The translations under genes and the position numbers were made by a program. Shown in pieces: positions 42,779-45,881 of a DNA stretch of 45,881 nucleotides. Position 1 is the first letter of the stretch. Each line of letters begins with the position of its first letter. Origin of the DNA: a virus (taxonomy: Duplodnaviria > Caudoviricetes); the IMG/VR virus record IMGVR_UViG_3300033416_000011, positions 1 through 45,881 of that record; one strand, given 5' to 3'. The notes beneath the pieces are model-generated. The model worked only from the letters and a program-made list of their open reading frames with translations, did no database searches and was not told the DNA's origin.

Positions 42779-44077
42779 TCACTCCAGTTTGCGATCGGTA
42801 GCGCTGTCGAATTCATTCGCGGGTATTCCGCCTATAACTTCCTCACCGCCTATCTTTCGCACCACTAGTATTTCCCCAGGTGCCAACTGGCTGCGATACG
42901 CTGAGTACGGATCTCGCTTGCGTTCGACTTCTTTGCGTATCAGGTTTCGAGTGCCTTCGGCGATCGGACGTAGATACCCCGCTGCACTCGCCCCAGCTTG
43001 CGCGATCGAAGTATCAATGTAGCGGTTGAGCCTGCGAATTTTGTCGCCAGCCACTACGTCGGTGTCGTAGGGCATTGGCACGTATTCCGGCCCTAGCGTT
43101 TTCCACTCGTCCTCGGTGATTGCTGCTCCCGACTCTTTGCGTAGCAAAGCAGCGATGGCGAGTCTAGCAGCTGCGAAATATCGCTGCCCCTCGGGCGTTG
43201 TGAATTCACGTGGAATGAAATACGTCGGCATTCCACGCTCGGTGCCAGAAGACCATGCTTCTAGCCTGCCTCGGGCGCCTTTGGGGCGATCTCGACTGAG
43301 GGTTGGCAGCACATCTATCAGTTTCACCGAGGCATCGTATGCTTTCGACTGCGCGTCATTGAGCTTCATTGGTGGCGGGGTAGGCCACTGCGCTGTCAGT
43401 TGCTCTACCTCGGCGAGCTCTGCTACAGGCCCTTTTGGTACTGCAGGCAGCATTGCGCTAGGCACAGCAGGCATGCCTGACGGTACCCCTGGAACCGTGA
43501 GCGGGCCCGCTGGTGCCGTAGGAACCATAAGTGGACCCGTCGGTGCAGTGGGTACCTGCAAAGGTCCTTGCGGAAATGGCTCGGGGGCTACGCCTGCGCC
43601 ACCAGAGCTTAGGATACGAGATTCTCCAGTTCGTTTGTTGTAGCCTACAATCGCGCCCGTTACAGGGTCGGCAATGGCGGACCAATCTTCCCGTTCGCCC
43701 TTCTGAGTAGCCAAGAAGGCCTGCAAAGCGAGTTGCTTTTCCTTCAACCCCAGCTCTTTTCCTTGCAACCCGAGCTGCCCGAGTTGGTATCTCTGCTGCT
43801 GCTCGAGCTGCTTTTCTCGCTGGGCTAGCTCTCTTGCCTGCTGTGACTGCTGTTGACTTAGCGTTAGCTGGCGCAGCTGTACCTCAGGCAGCCTTTGAAG
43901 TGCCTGCCTAGCCTGTTCAGCCTCGGATTGCCCCAACTGAGCCAGGGCCTGCCCCGTAGGAAGCCGATTCCCCGTAAGTGTCGCCGCAAGGATGCCGGCT
44001 CCACTCAGTGCCTGTGCCCTGCGTAGCTGTTCACGCAAAGCTGCCAGGCTATCCATATCTAACGTGTAGCCGTTCAC
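42779..44077 (-). CDS. Internal virion / DNA ejection protein
   Basis: Gln-rich coiled coil, Pro-rich linker, LRKESGAAIT..E motif. Confidence 0.65.
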   Translation of the reverse strand: MNGYTLDMDSLAALREQLRRAQALSGAGILAATLTGNRLPTGQALAQLGQSEAEQARQALQRLPEVQLRQLTLSQQQSQQARELAQREKQLEQQQRYQLGQLGLQGKELGLKEKQLALQAFLATQKGEREDWSAIADPVTGAIVGYNKRTGESRILSSGGAGVAPEPFPQGPLQVPTAPTGPLMVPTAPAGPLTVPGVPSGMPAVPSAMLPAVPKGPVAELAEVEQLTAQWPTPPPMKLNDAQSKAYDASVKLIDVLPTLSRDRPKGARGRLEAWSSGTERGMPTYFIPREFTTPEGQRYFAAARLAIAALLRKESGAAITEDEWKTLGPEYVPMPYDTDVVAGDKIRRLNRYIDTSIAQAGASAAGYLRPIAEGTRNLIRKEVERKRDPYSAYRSQLAPGEILVVRKIGGEEVIGGIPANEFDSATDRKLE

Positions 44078-44505
44078 GCGGCCCCCGGGTAATAGCCTAC
44101 TCCAGAGTAGGGCGAGGGTTCGTATTGCGCGGGCTCTTGCTGCTGTTGAGGCATCTGTTGCTGTCGGTATTTACGCATGGCCTCGGCCATAATTCGGGCA
44201 ATCCCTTCGCGAGTGGCCTGGTCCGCCTCGATCAATTTCCGTTGGGCTCCTGTGATAGAGCCCTGTTGTATTTGCCCAAGAGTGCGATTTAGCGCCACCC
44301 CCAAATGTTCGAGTGGGGATGCGGCTACAAAGGTGCCTCCTGCATGCAGCCCCTGCGCACCTGGAGTACTTGCCAATGCTTGCGCACGGCGCATTTGCTC
44401 CATTAGCAGTGCCTGCCGTTCAGGATAAGCCCCGACCCCAGCCATTTTGCCTATCAGCTCGGGGCTTGCGAAACTTTCGGCTAAAAACCAGGGATCGTAA
44501 GGCAT
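44074..44505 (-). CDS. Small internal virion protein
   Basis: G..VAASPLEHL motif, Gln-rich; position in the cluster. Confidence 0.55.
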   Translation of the reverse strand: MPYDPWFLAESFASPELIGKMAGVGAYPERQALLMEQMRRAQALASTPGAQGLHAGGTFVAASPLEHLGVALNRTLGQIQQGSITGAQRKLIEADQATREGIARIMAEAMRKYRQQQMPQQQQEPAQYEPSPYSGVGYYPGAA

Positions 44506-44506
44506 A

Positions 44507-45313
44507 TCACACCGCCAGTAGTGGTATAGTGTTAGGCTCTAGCGCCGATACACCGCCAGCTCCAAGAGCAGTTGGGACCAAAGGCGCAGCAGAGGCCGCA
44601 CCGCTTAGCTTGCTCTGCTTGAGCGCCTGATTAGCCCCGTACTGTTGCATCCCAGCCCCGTACTGGGAGCCCGCTGCCTGCAACAGTTCTGGGCCCTGTA
44701 CGCCAGCGGCAGGTGCAAACCCCGGCATTTCCGTGAATGCCCGCAATTGGCCTAGTTCACTCAGCGGAACTTGTCTAGCCGCCAGATTTTGCTGAAACGT
44801 CAGCGCCTGTGCTTGATTTGCCGACTGTATGGCCTCGTTACGTGCCTGAGTATACGCGTTAGCGCGCTCTTGCTCCATACTTTGGGTGGCCCGCTTATAG
44901 GCTTCGGACTCGGGGCCTAGCCCCTGCGCTGCTAACTGCGAGGTCAGGGCCTCGGCACGCTGAGCCCACTGGGGGTCGAGTTTTGCGGCCTGCTCACCGT
45001 ACACAGCCTCGATTGCCTGCTGGCGTACAGCCTCCCCACCCGGGATTTCGGCACCCGCTTGCTCGGATATGCGCTTCTGCAGGGCCTCAGAAGCCGTGCC
45101 CAATTCGCCACCGAGGGTCTGCTGCTGCGCCCACTCACCACCCGGGGTTTTGGACCATTGTATCGAGGCCCCCCACGGGTTGGTTTGCGATGGCCGATTG
45201 GCTCCTAGCTGTTCTTGCGCCAGTTCTCGGCGCAGTCGAGCTTCACGTTCAGCTACGGCCGTGAAATCAGGAGGTGCTGGCGCCGATTTCCCCCCACCTA
45301 TTACTCCGCCCAC
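44507..45313 (-). CDS. Internal virion / pilot (DNA transfer) protein
   Basis: GGKSAPAPPD...NRP.Q.NPWG and L..QGL...SEAY motifs. Confidence 0.7.
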   Translation of the reverse strand: MGGVIGGGKSAPAPPDFTAVAEREARLRRELAQEQLGANRPSQTNPWGASIQWSKTPGGEWAQQQTLGGELGTASEALQKRISEQAGAEIPGGEAVRQQAIEAVYGEQAAKLDPQWAQRAEALTSQLAAQGLGPESEAYKRATQSMEQERANAYTQARNEAIQSANQAQALTFQQNLAARQVPLSELGQLRAFTEMPGFAPAAGVQGPELLQAAGSQYGAGMQQYGANQALKQSKLSGAASAAPLVPTALGAGGVSALEPNTIPLLAV

Positions 45314-45322
45314 GGTGACCTC

Positions 45323-45727
45323 CTAGATCCAACGACACTCTTCTGCGGTCATTTCGTACCATACTACGTCAACGCCATCTGCCCAATAGTTGCGGCCCCT
45401 GAAAACTTCTCGAAACCCTAGGTGTTTCACTAAACGCGTAGACCTATCGTTGCTAGATACAACCGTACACCCTACTATCTTCCTACCCGTTTGCCGAAAA
45501 GCTATACCGAAAGCCATTTTCAGCAGCGCACGTAGAGCCCCTGGCGCTTCCAGGGCAATGTGCACACAAACCAGGTTATCTGTCCAGCCATCGAATCCGA
45601 CCATGCCCACTATGCGCTCGCCATCTACCGCGCAGATGGCCCTAAACTCAGGGCCAACAGCTATTTTGGCCTTGTTGGCTATCCACGAGTACTCGGGCTG
45701 CGAGGCTTGTCGGACAGTGTAACTCAT
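45323..45727 (-). CDS. GNAT-family acetyltransferase-like protein
   Basis: AF.Q, N.RS.RL..HLGF and Y.M..EECRWI motifs. Usual position between tail-tube and ejection genes. Confidence 0.8.
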   Translation of the reverse strand: MSYTVRQASQPEYSWIANKAKIAVGPEFRAICAVDGERIVGMVGFDGWTDNLVCVHIALEAPGALRALLKMAFGIAFRQTGRKIVGCTVVSSNDRSTRLVKHLGFREVFRGRNYWADGVDVVWYEMTAEECRWI

Positions 45728-45754
45728 TCCTGTGTTTCCCGTTCCAGCCGCTGC

Positions 45755-45881
45755 AATCGACTACGCTTTTGTAGCACTCCTTTGCGAGCCGAGAGCGACT
45801 CGGGTAGCAGCGAATGGAGCATGTCCGCTAAACTCCACGCCTTTGACTGCGTGTAGTCCTCTTTCTGCTCGGGGGCCTCGT
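45755..45881. repeat. Terminal direct repeat, copy 2
   Basis: Identical to 1-127. Confidence 0.95.

Noticed and set aside
45755-45881. 127-bp terminal repeat as a biological direct terminal repeat
   Set aside because: The length equals a common assembler k-mer and the repeat falls inside a gene, so an assembly overlap is the simpler explanation.
1-45881. Stop-codon recoding suggested by abundant TAG/CTA words
   Set aside because: Core genes are full length under the standard code and several end in TAG.

Overview
This window is a complete, circularly assembled double-stranded DNA phage genome. Unique length is 45,754 bp, because bases 1-127 recur exactly at 45755-45881. Gene order is that of a podovirus-like tailed phage. 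A leftward late arm runs from the terminase region (~14.8 kb) down through portal, scaffold, major capsid, adaptor and tail-tube genes, then across the junction into GNAT, internal virion, tail fibre and tailspike genes (45.7 to 36.5 kb). A rightward arm (20.5-36.5 kb) carries an APSE-type replication module (DUF2800 nuclease, DUF2815 SSB, family A DNA polymerase, VRR-NUC, SNF2 helicase, primase-helicase, Dda/RecD-like helicase), lysis candidates and small accessory genes. A leftward accessory region occupies 16-20.3 kb. I see no integrase, clear repressor, tRNA or canonical CRISPR array. The most notable signals are: (1) five twin-hairpin intergenic elements with covarying stems, one before each gene of the 17.3-20.0 kb block; (2) two sigma-54-type promoters (TGGCAC-N5-CTGCA) driving the accessory arm; (3) tail fibre and tailspike proteins that begin with Sec-type signal peptides, the tailspike also carrying paired cysteines; (4) a major-capsid 5' leader with three hairpins sharing one A/CGA internal loop; (5) an AT-rich, interrupted acyl-carrier-protein-like gene. 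Product calls come from motif recognition and synteny by eye; no database searches were run.
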